Shown: positions 11,976 to 24,420 of the stretch, one piece after another
Layout: each line of letters starts with the position of its first letter
Position numbering within the stretch: position 1 is the first letter of the stretch
Source: Octopus bimaculoides
Lineage: Eukaryota
Direction of reading: 5' to 3'
Length of the DNA stretch: 61,391 bases
NCBI RefSeq assembly: GCF_001194135.2
Contig: NC_069004.1
Span: forward strand, 11,610,322-11,671,712
The notes under the pieces: model-generated
Told to the model about the DNA's origin: nothing
The model's input: the letters and a program-made list of their open reading frames with translations, nothing else
The model's database searches: none
Made by a program: the position numbers and the translations under genes

Positions 11976-13489
11976 ATAGTTTATTAAAAACAGCCAAACA
12001 TAATCAAGTTCAATGGCAATTAAATGCAATAATAATGATCAAAGGTTTTTTTAAACAAGAAAAATGAGATGCTGATGTTGAATTCTGGTTAATATTTGCG
12101 ATTAATAAAAAATAGATAAATAAATAAAATTAACTTGTGTAAAAATACCCTCACAATTACTTTGATTACTTAAAACTAATTACTTGTTAATTTATTAAGA
12201 CTCAAGCTATGTTTTAAGGTAAGCAATGTAAGAAATGTACTGATAAAAAAAAAAAAAGGAAGTATGAAAATAAAAATGAGAGGATTTGGTTGAAATTGAA
12301 CTTGCATATTTCTGTTGATGCTTTGCTCTAACGATCCCAACCTCTTTATCCATGTGCCCATGATAGGAATAATGTGTATCTCACATTAAGCATCTTTCTA
12401 CCAACAGATAACTAAATGGTGTAATTGTTTTGAATGAAAGTGAAAGTGAGGTTTGCATGTCGGTTGTGTTTTGGAATTTCTGTGTCGCGACAAAGAAAAC
12501 CTAACTGTGGAACCCTGTCCCTTATTTCAACTAAGAGTGGAGATGCTACCTCTAATGCGCTTGAGGTGGGGGGGGGGTCAGTTTAAAGGAATCTATTTGG
12601 GGTTGATTTTTACTGTTTATAGGTTTCACAAGGAAGTAAAGCTTACAAATATTTAGTCCTGGATTTAGCAGTGATTTTACATTCTACATTATTTTAAACA
12701 AACTGAAACGTGCTAAAGAAAAAATCAAACAACACAAAAGATATCACATAAGAAAGAATATAAATAATGTGATAAACTAGCTTGCAATTTAAATCTACAT
12801 TTCTTTGTTCCCATCCCAACCTCATTATTATTATCATTATTNNNNNNNNNNNNNNNNNNNNNNNNNNNNNNNNNNNNNNNNNNNNNNNNNNNNNNNNNNN
12901 NNNNNNNNNNNNNNNNNNNNNNNNNNNNNNNNNNNNNNNNNNNNNNNNNNNNNNNNNNNNNNNNNNNNNNNNNNNNNNNNNNNNNNNNNNNNNNNNNNNN
13001 NNNNNNNNNNNNNNNNNNNNNNNNNNNNNNNNNNNNNNNNNNNNNNNNNNNNNNNNNNNNNNNNNNNNNNNNNNNNNNNNNNNNNNNNNNNNNNNNNNNN
13101 NNNNNNNNNNNNNNNNNNNNNNNNNNNNNNNNNNNNNNNNNNNNNNNNNNNNNNNNNNNNNNNNNNNNNNNNNNNNNNNNNNNNNNNNNNNNNNNNNNNN
13201 NNNNNNNNNNNNNNNNNNNNNNNNNNNNNNNNNNNNNNNNNNNNNNNNNNNNNNNNNNNNNNNNNNNNNNNNNNNNNNNNNNNNNNNNNNNNNNNNNNNN
13301 NNNNNNNNNNNNNNNNNNNNNNNNNNNNNNNNNNNNNNNNNNNNNNNNNNNNNNNNNNNNNNNNNNNNNNNNNNNNNNNNNNNNNNNNNNNNNNNNNNNN
13401 NNNNNNNNNNNNNNNAAAATAGGCAATCAAAAAGAAACATTCCATAGAAATATCAATTCTTAGAGGAAGATAACACAAATGTAGATTAT

Positions 13490-13526
13490 ATATACACACT
13501 CACAGACACACTCACACACTCACGCA

Positions 13527-13571
<45 letters not shown>

Positions 13572-13686
13572 TCTCTCTCTCTTTCTCTCTCTCTAAAACA
13601 CTCAAAGAAATTTAGCTAAAAAATTATAGCAAAAATAAGAAAGTAAAGAAATGTAAAAGCAATATAAATATATATATAAGCATGTA

Positions 13687-13724
<38 letters not shown>

Positions 13725-13769
13725 AATATATGTGCAAATATGCTTGTAGATATATACATACATATATAC

Positions 13770-13838
<69 letters not shown>

Positions 13839-14088
13839 ATATATATATATGTAGGTAGGTATGTATGTTTTACACATTAAACATACAAACATATGTATAT
13901 ACATAGATATATTACAAATACACACAGACACACACACACATATATGCAAACTTACAAATTATATATACATATATATACACACATGTATATTACATATATA
14001 TAATATATATATATATATATATAAGATATACATCTATATTATAAATATACATACATATGTATATATATGTACAAAGATGATGTTGATG

Positions 14089-14123
<35 letters not shown>

Positions 14124-14298
14124 CACACACGCACAATCGTCATCGTCGTCGTTTAACGTCCGTTTTCCATGCTAGCATGGGTTGGACGGTTTGACTGAGG
14201 ACTGGTGAAACCAGATGGCTACACCATGCATATACATATATATGAATATGCACAAGCTTATATATATGTATGTATATATATATATTTATATATATATA

Positions 14299-14366
<68 letters not shown>

Positions 14367-14599
14367 TGTGTGAGTCTATATATGTATATATATGTGTGTT
14401 TGTGTGTATATGTATATATATGTGTGTCTGTATATATGTATGTATTTACAAGTATGAATATGTATATGTATGTATATATGCATGTTAGTAACTATACATG
14501 TCTGTGTATATTTATCTATATATAGGTGTATATATATAATTATATGTATACATGTATATGTGTGTATATGTATGTAAATACATACATACATATATATAT

Positions 14600-14634
<35 letters not shown>

Positions 14635-15081
14635 NNNNNNNNNNNNNNNNNNNNNNNNNNNNNNNNNNNNNNNNNNNNNNNNNNNNNNNNNNNNNNNNNN
14701 NNNNNNNNNNNNNNNNNNNNNNNNNNNNNNNNNNNNNNNNNNNNNNNNNNNNNNNNNNNNNNNNNNNNNNNNNNNNNNNNNNNNNNNNNNNNNNNNNNNN
14801 NNNNNNNNNNNNNNNNNNNNNNNNNNNNNNNNNNNNNNNNNNNNNNNNNNNNNNNNNNNNNNNNNNNNNNNNNNNNNNNNNNNNNNNNNNNNNNNNNNNN
14901 NNNNNNNNNNNNNNNNNNNNNNNNNNNNNNNNNNNNNNNNNNNNNNNNNNNNNNNNNNNNNNNNNNNNNNNNNNNNNNNNNNNNNNNNNNNNNNNNNNNN
15001 NNNNNNNNNNNNNNNNNNNNNNNNNNNNNNNNNNNNNNNNNNNNNNNNNNNNNNNNNNNNNNNNNNNNNNNNNNNNNNNNN

Positions 15082-15130
<49 letters not shown>

Positions 15131-15165
15131 CATACATACATATATCTCCACACACACCCACATGC
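13490..15165. repeat. Large (TA)/(CA)/(TG) microsatellite field with gap 14635-15080; family D fragment at about 14135-14225
   Basis: Direct reading. Confidence 0.9.
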
Positions 15166-15230
15166 ACATATCTATCTGAAATCTATAAATATTTATTTTT
15201 GTGGGTTTTTTTTTTTATTGTTTTGCTTAC

Positions 15231-15361
15231 TTGTAGTGTTTTTGTTCAGCATTGATTCTTCAAAAAGTCTCTGGTAGAAAAGTTCCAGTTGTTCCAGGAT
15301 ATATGATGAAGTTGGTCGGTCTTCAGGTGCATAGCTCCAACAGTTCAGTTTTAATTGATAT
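15231..15361 (-). CDS. ROS1: ROS1-like exon 27: kinase subdomain XI and start of tail
   Basis: ctaatactag|A...ACAA|gtaagc; phase 2->1; YQLKLNCWSYAPEDRPTSSYILEQLELFYQRLFEESMLNKNTT. Confidence 0.9.
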
Positions 15362-16319
15362 CTAGTATTAGAAATGATTGGAACACACTTACATGGCATC
15401 AATACAAGATGGTATTGCTACTGAAATCTCCAACCACCCTTTAACTGTAAAATTAAATTTCATGGTTCTTCTAGAAATGATGTTAAAAATCTATCAGAAA
15501 ATGGAATTGGTATTTTCTGGTAGTCACATTGCCTCAATAAACTTGATATAACTAAATATATAAAAAAAGTTTCAAACATGACATTCTTTGACCAAAGATA
15601 GATTGGTGTAAAAAAAAAACTGCTTCCCGTGGTTAAGGGTACGGAAATTTTGAATGGATATATCTAATTTCTACAATAAAAGAGTTAAAGACATGAATAC
15701 ATATTTCCTTGAAGTTTAGTTAATTTCAGTGGTTATTCTTTATGATTCTGTCCATGTTTTTCCCCAAGAAAACCCTTAGAAATGTGGACCGTATTGATTT
15801 TTTAAAATTATTAAGCCCTTAGCATATCTGACCTCTCTTACCTACCCTAATCTCAAAGCTACAAGATAATGAATAGTTAATTCAAAGCAATGTGAATAAA
15901 GAAGCAGAATATTTGACAGAGTAATCTGATTGTTAAAAGGGTTAAACTGACTTTAACGAACCCCAAGTTCAGAAATCAATTTTTGCTCCAGTTTGCAAAT
16001 GGGAAAAAGTTATGACAGTTTATGTTGATTCTTGACAATTCTGTGAGCTTGGAAGGAAGGCCAAATGGGAGACCAATTCCAGCAAGAATTTGAGCTTGGA
16101 ACAGAAATAAACTGGACTAGGGATTACAAAATGTCTTCAGGGATTCTAAACTGCTGTAGTTGAGAGTTTAGTAAAGAAGAATTGAATCAATAACAATTCT
16201 AAAAGTTAACAGCAGTAGCAACAGTAGTAGTAGTAGTAGTAGTAGTACTAGTAGTAGTAACAGTAGTGATAATGAAGTGGAGACAACAAAGCGTGACTCT
16301 ACCAATAAACATCTAATAA

Positions 16320-16735
16320 TTGTTTTGAACTTGTTAACAGTTTCTCACCAGTGAGCATCAGTAAACTCTGATCAGTGAACATTAACTGACAAGAGTTTCT
16401 GACCAATGAACATAGGTTAACAATTTCTCACCAGTGAGCATCAGTTAACAAGCTTTTGCCGGTTAACACAAGCCCTTCATAATGAACACTGGTTAACAAT
16501 GCCCACAGTGAGTAAACACTGGTTAACAACAGTTTATAACTGGTGAACATCAGTTAACAGTAGTTCACTCTAATCCCAGTTTTGATACATTAATAACAGT
16601 TAACAATAATTTTATGTTCAGTGAACACTGGCTAACAGTAGTTTTTGAGCAGTAAACATCAATTAATGGTAGTTCTAATAAGTTATTCTAATCCCAATCT
16701 TGATATGTTAACAACAGTTAACAATAATTCTATGG
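16320..16735. repeat. Degenerate about 30-bp minisatellite rich in GTTAAC
   Basis: Recurring cagtgaacactggttaaca / cagtgagcatcagttaaca motifs; one longer internal duplication (ctaatccca...cagttaacaataatt). Confidence 0.7.
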
Positions 16736-16849
16736 TTGTTATAAATTATCATTTCAAGATTAATGAGAAACAAACAATATTAATTCTGTAGAAACAATAA
16801 GGAAGGAAAAGACAATGGAAAAAAGCAAGTGAAAAATTGCTCTTCTTAC

Positions 16850-16984
16850 AAATATTCCGGGCAGTTTTCTGGCCGATCCAATCTGCCTCCTGATCGGACA
16901 TACTGTAAAACTTCTAAATTTGTTCGAGCTGGATAAGGTTGTTGACCGTATGTGATAACCTCCCACATTAAAACACCAAACGAC
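16850..16984 (-). CDS. ROS1: ROS1-like exon 26: kinase subdomains IX-X
   Basis: aaacacag|G...TT|gtaaga; phase 2->2; (W)SFGVLMWEVITYGQQPYPARTNLEVLQYVRSGGRLDRPENCPEY. The ORF track shows a different frame here. Confidence 0.95.
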
Positions 16985-18221
16985 CTGTGTTTAATAGACA
17001 TACAAAGATATCCCTGTAGAGTGGGAATTAAATCATAGGTGAAATTAATTAAACAGCCATTTCATACCTTTACATTTTCACAGGCAACAAACTAACAACA
17101 AACTTGTTAAGAGACTAATTATTAGATTTGTTAACAAACTTGTTAATAGATTCACTAAAGAGTTGGATTATGTACCATGTGGTATTTATTCCAGCTTTCT
17201 AACTTCTGTGTCCAAGTCCTAAGAAGGTTGATTTTTTTGCCTTTCATTCTTTAGGAGCTCATAAATAAAGTACCAGTTCTATACTGTGCATATTCATATA
17301 TATGTATATGCATATATACTTATAAGTATATGTGAATGCATATATATATATATATCTTGAAGGAAGGATAGTGGACTGGCTGGCCGAGGTAGATTCGGTT
17401 ATGCTTTCAGGTTTGTGTCGATGTAGAATGTTACTCGTTCATGCATGCACAGTTTGCTAGCATGGTCGAATTTATGACTGGAATATCGTATTGATGAAGG
17501 GAATTGAGTATTTATCACTCATAATCCAGAAACGCGTCTACGATTAATCTTCGGAATGGTTAGTTTTCATTGTTTTTTCTTCTTGTTTTTGCCTTTGTGA
17601 GTTACAAGTAATTCTATCTGTTGGAGTCTCAGCTTTTTTAGCTGCTATTTCTGAACTTCTTGTATGTGGTGAAGCAAATATTTGCTGATCCCTTAATTAT
17701 GTTTATAAATATATATGAACTTTTAAAATAAGTTCTCCACCGATAATGGTGCTTACATACCGAAGGGCTTGGTAAAAATTATTAATTGTTGATTTATTAA
17801 TAAATTAATAAATTGATAATCCTTTACCCTTTTAATTTGTAATAATTATATATATATATAGATAGATTGTGCATGTGTGTATNNNNNNNNNNNNNNNNNN
17901 NNNNNNNNNNNNNNNNNNNNNNNNNNNNNNNNNNNNNNNNNNNNNNNNNNNNNNNNNNNNNNNNNNNNNNNNNNNNNNNNNNNNNNNNNNNNNNNNNNNN
18001 NNNNNNNNNNNNNNNNNNNNNNNNNNNNNNNNNNNNNNNNNNNNNNNNNNNNNNNNNNNNNNNNNNNNNNNNNNNNNNNNNNNNNNNNNNNNNNNNNNNN
18101 NNNNNNNNNNNNNNNNNNNNNNNNNNNNNNNNNNNNNNNNNNNNNNNNNNNNNNNNNNNNNNNNNNNNNNNNNNNNGTCTGTTAAAAAAAAAAAGGAAAA
18201 GTATTATTTAGAATTGAGAGA

Positions 18222-18400
18222 AGGAGGAGGAGAAGAAAGAGGAGAAGGAGGAGGAGAAGAAAGAGGAGAAGGAGGAGGAGGAGGTGGAGGAGGAGGAGGT
18301 GGATGATGATGGGGGGATGATGGGAGAGGGGGATGGGAGGAGGAGGGAGAAGAAGAAGAAGAAGAAGAAGAAGAAGAAGAAGAAGAAGAAGAAGAAGACG
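18222..18400. repeat. (GGA)/(GAA)n purine microsatellite
   Basis: Direct reading. Confidence 0.9.
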
Positions 18401-19136
18401 ACGAATGAAGCTGATTTGGAATTATTTCATAATTATTACTTTCTTTCTTCTTACTCATTATTAAAGATCTTCAGATTAAGCAGTGGGGAAAACTAAAATA
18501 GAATAAGATTAGAATTTTACTGCAGTGGTAGGGAAACACCAGTCTTTTACAAATTCTTTAAGTGTATTCTGAGGCTGAACCGGTCAAAGTTAAGTTAATG
18601 GCTCGGAGCAAAGAATTCAAAGACTTAAAATTTTTACGAAGTATTGAAGGCCAATCTCAGGATGCTGAACCTTAGGATGAAGTATTGAAGGCTAATCTCA
18701 AAACTTGAACCTTATGAAGGAGATGACAGAGGAGTGAGATATGTGGTACATTGCTGTACTTGTGAAGTCCAGTCCACCACAACAGAACTGAGATCCTAAG
18801 ACCAAGGTGCCACATAAAAAGCACTGGTGATGGTGCCATGTAAAAAGCACCAAGTACACTTTATAAAGTGGTTGGCATTAGGAAGGGCAACCAGCCATAG
18901 AAATCAGGCCAAAACAGACTGTGGAACCTGATGTGACTCTTGGCCTTGCCAGCTCTTGTCAAGTCATCCAACCCATACCAGAATGGAAAACAGATGTTAA
19001 ACTTTGATGACGAATCCAAAGACCAAAATCTGGGTGGTGTAACAAAACCAATAACAAAATACAATACCAACAAAGCTATGAGAACACAGAACGAACAATA
19101 AAAGAAAATGAATGAAAATAGATGCCAATTACTTAC

Positions 19137-19331
19137 CGATGTTGGTCGGTAGTTCCTTAAATAAAGAAGTAAATCTCCGCCTTCCATCAGTTCCAAGACA
19201 ATAAATTGAGGATTACCATCAAAACAGACACCTAGTAATCGTAGAATATGTTCGTGTTTAAAATTGCTCATGAGCAAAGCTTCTTTTAAGAATTCCTCCT
19301 TTTCGTGTTCTGAGGCACATTTCCTCAGGGT
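19137..19331 (-). CDS. ROS1: ROS1-like exon 25: kinase subdomains III-V
   Basis: ttatttcag|ACC...TCG|gtaagt; phase 0->0; TLRKCASEHEKEEFLKEALLMSNFKHEHILRLLGVC...ELMEGGDLLLYLR. Confidence 0.96.
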
Positions 19332-19747
19332 CTGAAATAAAACAACAAAAAAATAATGAAATGTTGCTACTAAGAAGTTAAGAATATGAATCTGATAAAT
19401 CATAATGGTCATAACAAATTATTTATTATGAAGGGCATCCAGCTGTAGAGACCGTGCCAAAACAGACAAATGGAGCCTGGTGCAGCCCCTGGCTTTACCA
19501 GCTCCGGTCAAACCATCTGACTCATGCCAGTATGGAAAAGGGATATTAAATGATGATGATGATGATGATAGTAAAATATTTTTAAAAATAGAGAAATATC
19601 AGGATCTAACCAGAGACAAAAGGTAAAGGTAAAGTTACCTTTCAGAGTCATACTGACATGTAAGGGCCAGTTTCTACTCATTGTTGCCAGCTGAGTGGAC
19701 TGGAACAACAAAAAGTGAAGTGTTTTGCCCAAGAACACAATGCATCA

Positions 19748-19905
19748 ATTAGATCGACCCCAGCATGCAACTGGTACTTAATTTATCGACCGTGAAGGGA
19801 TGAAAGGCAAAGTCGACCTCGGCGGAATTTGAACTCAGAACGTAACGGCAGACGAAATACCGCTAAGCATTTCACCCGGCGTGCTAACGTTTCTGCCAGC
19901 TCGCC
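19748..19905 (-). mobile_element. SINE family B, well preserved
   Basis: ggcgagctggcagaaacgttagcacg...gttcaaattccgccgaggtcgactttgcctttcatcc...tcgataaattaagtaccag. The central part resembles, from recall, the MetaSINE domain. Confidence 0.85.
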
Positions 19906-20399
19906 ACCATGATGCAGGATCCAGTTATGAAACTGCAATGGACTGTCACTGACTCAGTTATAGATTTGAGCGGTGCCTTCTGTAGCCTGTCCATCATGTG
20001 CCCCTTCTTCATCCACTGGTTCAAACATTGAGATCTGTTGTAATTATCACCTGCTTGTTCCACTGTTGGGGTCTTTGGGGGTTTGGTTGCACTTATCATG
20101 GTGGAGGGGCTTGCATGGCCCTATGAAACTGAGTGCAATTCCTTTGGAAGTTCTAAATTCCTTGGCAGCAAAGTCGAAAATAAGGACCCAGATATAGCAT
20201 ATAATATTTACAAAATACTACAAATAATAATAGTAATAATGATGATAAACAGCGTGAGACACAAAATATCCAATACCAAATTTAATTATAAGATGATGAT
20301 ATACAATGGTAAATCTCTAGTTATATATAAATTTATAATCACACTAACATCATAAACAACAAACATGTTCAGAATAACAATTAACTGGAACCACTACAG

Positions 20400-20732
20400 C
20401 AGGGGTTTTCACCTGGGGTCCATAAAAGATTTTTGGGAGTCCATGTAATAAAATAGTAAAATGGGGATCCACAATAGTATTTTAGGGGCCACTGAAAAAA
20501 TTTTGCTTTAGATGTATGTATTGGTATGCATTGCAAGAAACAGCTAGGTTTTTTTCTCTAACATTTTACATAGTTCCACCTACACAATGTGTAAAAAGCA
20601 AATAGGAATTTTGAAAGAAGTTTCTATAAAACTAGTGTTTGAACATTGAGTGACTATAGGGGTCCACCAGAATAAAATAGTAATCAAAGGGATCCATCGA
20701 TTAAAAAAAAAAAAACTAGTTGAGAACCCCCG
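20400..20732. mobile_element. hAT (Charlie-like) MITE
   Basis: Ends caggggttttcacc / gttgagaacccccg; inverted homolog of 23104-23433. Confidence 0.75.
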
Positions 20733-20955
20733 TTCTGCAGTGTAGCTCAATCTGCTAGAAATAGCAGTCAAATCTTCATTAGTTCGTGCACCAACACTAA
20801 CTTAAATGAAGAACACGTTAGATAATGTTGTCCTACAAACTATTAAAAAAGTTGAGGTGGTCACAGTTGGAACGCTTTTGATCAAATGTCTACTGGGTCA
20901 GGGTTGACTTGGGGCTAAACACCACCAACAACAATAGCAACAACAAAAGCAATAC

Positions 20956-21112
20956 CTTGACAGCCACACGTGTTTCTCCATTTGCAACACAGCTTTTACA
21001 AACGCCTTCAAAAACTTCGCCAAAAGCACCGCTTCCCAAGAACTTCTTTCTGATGAGTTGATCATGTCGGAAATGAGGCAACGCAATGAGGTCAGCATCG
21101 GTTGGTACCATA
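20956..21112 (-). CDS. ROS1: ROS1-like exon 24: kinase subdomains I-II
   Basis: tttttgcag|T...AAG|gtattg; phase 2->0; LPHFRHDQL...FLGSGAFGEVFEG...RVAVK. Confidence 0.96.
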
Positions 21113-21584
21113 CTGCAAAAATCACAAAACAGAAAACAATTTGAAGAAACGAATAACCAAAAAATAAGACAAAGTGAGTTTTACCATTCTTGATAATAAT
21201 TCTAGCAATTTTTTATGAAGAATGGTTAGATAAACTGTCTGTAACTTAGTGGTTTGGCAAAAAGAGAATGACAGAATAAATATCAGGCTTAAAAACGAAT
21301 GAGTATTGGGGTTGATTCACTTGACTAACAAAAAAAAATTTTAAGCGGTGCCCCAGCATGGCCACAGTCTAATGACTGAAACAAGAGAGAGGAGAGAACA
21401 AGAGAGAGATATGTAGAAAAAGAGGGAAACAGACAGAGAGAAAAGGAGAGGGAGAGAGTAAAATAGATACACAGCGTGGAGAGACAGCTAGACAGAGGGA
21501 TAGATAGATAGATAGAGAGAAAAAGATATATATATATAGAGAGAGAGAGAGGGGGAGAGAAAGAAAGAGAGTGTGTGTACATAC

Positions 21585-21720
21585 CCAACTGAATAAAGGG
21601 TGTTGTTCTGCTGGACTGCTATATGTGGTAAATCTTGCAAAGTAGCCAATTCCACATCAGGATTGTGACCATCATTGACATGAGTGATTCGCTTTTTTTC
21701 TGTTTGTTTTTTCTTGAACA
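21585..21720 (-). CDS. ROS1: ROS1-like exon 23: juxtamembrane
   Basis: tattgcag|TG...GG|gtatgt; phase 1->2; FKKKQTEKKR...DVELATLQDLPHIAVQQNNTLYSV. Confidence 0.92.
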
Positions 21721-21815
21721 CTGCAATAATTAATAATGGATTAGTTTCATCAGCACTTGTATTTCTTAAAATACATGATTACATTTTAATGTGTGTCAAT
21801 ACATACACACACACG

Positions 21816-21896
<81 letters not shown>

Positions 21897-22341
21897 TATT
21901 GTATATTTTTCATTCAGAAGGACTCAATGCTACTTCATTTTCAAAATATGTCTGGTATGTAAAAGATTGGAAATTGGAATAAATTACTCAGATAACATTT
22001 TCAATTACATACAGGTGAGGAAAAGCATTTTTTTGAAGAACACTTCACATGGTTTAACTTCCGATATCATCTTCACAGATTTATTACAAACTTTTTCATA
22101 CATTCCTAAAGAACTCTTGTTGCACATATATGAGTGTGGATATGTATATGTGTGTATGTATGTGCAAGTACATGCATGTATATATGAGTGTACATGTGAC
22201 AGAATGCAATAATGTCTTAATAAAAAACTGCATATATCTCCATCTTTATTACAGCTTCTTGTGGCTCTATCAATCACAAACATCAGACAAAATGCTGTTT
22301 GGAAATTACTATTTTTAAATCTCATGTGAGATATTCAGCAA

Positions 22342-22636
22342 CAGTTCTTTGTAGTAAAAATTGTTTGCCAACATAACATGGCAGTCCTGGTTTAGGACCT
22401 CTAGCCAAACAATTATTCTGTGCTGATGAAGAGAAATAACCCAGAAATCGTGATATACAGATATTGTTTTGAGCTGAGTGGGGGTGCTAAATTCCCTTGT
22501 TCGAAAATATAAGGACACAGATCGTGTCGCATAGCCAGCTGGAGACGATGTCTCCTGGGGCTAAATTACAGCAACATTAGTCCTAAACCAGGACTGCCAT
22601 GTTATGTTGGCAAATGATCTTTACTACAAAGAACTG
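22342..22636. mobile_element. Fold-back/MITE-like element with 57-bp inverted arms
   Basis: 22342-22398 vs 22580-22636, 54/57 complementary. Confidence 0.8.
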
Positions 22637-22764
22637 CTTATGCATAACCTTTTAGCATTAAGATTACTCTGCCAAATGTAATGCTTAGTTATTCACATTG
22701 TTTTGAACTGAACATGCAGTATCTTGTAGCTTTGGATATGGTCAGTTTAAATGCTTATGGATTG

Positions 22765-23060
22765 AAGGTGCATAGCTTAGTGGTTAGGGCGGTATTTGAC
22801 CATGAGTTCAATTCCTGGTGATGTGGTGTGTCCTTGAGCAAGGCACTTTATTTCATGTTACTCCAGCTGACAAAAATGAATTGTAGTTGTAATTCAAAGG
22901 GCCAACTCATGTCACACTCTGTGTCACCCTGAATCTCCCTGAGAACTACATTAAGGGTACACATGTCTGTGAAGTGCTCAGCCACTTGCACATTAATTCC
23001 ATGAACAGGCTGTTCTGTTGATTGAATCAACTGGAACACTTATCATCATTACTGACAGGT
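22765..23060 (+). mobile_element. tRNA/CORE-type SINE (family F) sharing the family A 3' tail
   Basis: gcttagtggttag...gagttcaattcctgg...ccttgagcaaggcactt, then caaagggcc...gtcacactctgtgtcac...gagaactacattaagggtac. Confidence 0.75.
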
Positions 23061-23103
23061 GCCAAATGCTTAGGGGTTGATTCTGTTCTCTTACAGTCTA
23101 GAT

Positions 23104-23433
23104 CAGGGGTTGTCAACCATTTTTCATCTTTGGACCTCTTTGACTACTATTTTATTCTGGTGAACCCCCATAGCGATTTCATTCTTAAAAACTAGTTTTA
23201 TCGATACTTCTTTTAAAATTCTTATTTTGGTTTTCTCATATCAACTTGTGTAGATGGAACTATGTAAATTGTTAGAGAAAGAAACCCAGTTGTTTCTTGT
23301 AATATACACCAATACATATATCCGAAGCAAAACTTTTTCAGGAGCCCTTAAAATACTTTTGTGAATCTCCAATATATTATTTTGTTGCATGGACCCCTCA
23401 AAATCTTATATGGACCCTGGTTGAGAACCACCG
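23104..23433. mobile_element. hAT (Charlie-like) MITE with 8-bp TSD
   Basis: TSD gtctagat at 23096-23103 and 23434-23441; imperfect TIR caggggttgtcaacca / tggttgagaaccaccg. Confidence 0.88.
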
Positions 23434-24039
23434 GTCTAGATAGAAACCCTACCAAAACTGAATTTGGCATTCATCTTTTCAGTTTGATAATATGAACAGT
23501 TAAGTAATTTGTTTGAACTCAGTGAATGTTCAAATTTTTAACAATGATTTTTTTTACCTGATTAATAATGATTTTTTAATAATGACTTTTTTACCTGTCT
23601 ATGATAACTAAGACAAATAAGTAATAGGAATTTAAGGTATTCCAGTGATGGTGGAAATTGTTAAGATAATGATTTCCCAGTGTATTAATCTGATCAACGT
23701 TTCTTGCTTGATACCTTGTGGTGGTGATGGTGGTAGTGGTGATCAGACATCAGACTGATTGAGATAGAGGAAAATTATATTTTTGTTTATTACTGATTCC
23801 TTCATCACTGATCTGGGATAACCAAGTGCACTAATTGTGGACCATGTTGCACTTACCACAGATAGATCTGTGATAACACGGTTCAGCAATGATTCTGCTT
23901 GTACAACAAAAAAACGTCCCTTAGTGAAGTGACCATCCACGATGCTCAACTACCCAGAATGCACTGACTACCACTTGTATTCATATGATGTGTGTATGTG
24001 TGTGTGTGTGTGTGTGTGTGGAGGGGGGGGGTGCTGCAT

Positions 24040-24220
24040 GGCTCTTTTTTCTACTTGTTTCAGTCATCAGATGGCGGCCATGCTGGGGCACTGCCTTGAA
24101 GAATTTATAGTCAGACGGATATAAGCTGGTACTTATTCTGTTGGTCTCTTTTGCTGAACCGCTAAGTTATGGGGAATGCAAACAGACCAACACCTGTCAT
24201 CAAGAGGTGGCTAGGGGACA

Positions 24221-24259
<39 letters not shown>

Positions 24260-24420
24260 CTGGCCTCTTTCAGTTTCTGTCCACCAAATCCCCTACTGAA
24301 TCTGCTCACAAGGCTTTGGTTAGTCTGGGAGCTAAAGTAGAAGACACTTGCCCAAGGTACCATGCCGTGAGACTGAACCTGGAATCATGTGGTTGGGAAG
24401 CAAGCTTCTTACCACACCTC
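24040..24420 (-). mobile_element. SINE family C
   Basis: Reverse-complement match to 49138-49593, with internal (CA)n. Confidence 0.8.

Noticed and set aside
12410-12500. Another phase-compatible acceptor and short ORF (KIPKHNRHANLTFTFIQNNYTI*) as last exon
   Set aside because: No independent support; such sites arise by chance. Kept only as a caveat to the terminal-exon call.
17360-17720. Unique, less AT-rich segment in the intron lacking the catalytic exons
   Set aside because: Minus-strand reading gave no HRD, DFG or APE motif and no kinase-like ORF.
19019-19030. DFGL in a minus-strand frame near the kinase exons
   Set aside because: Continues WIRHQ into a family D SINE tail; there is no VKIG before it or ARDIY after it, so it is chance.
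20989-21000. CKSC (CxxC) motif in the kinase beta2-beta3 loop
   Set aside because: Variable loop; nothing beyond the motif supports redox or metal function.
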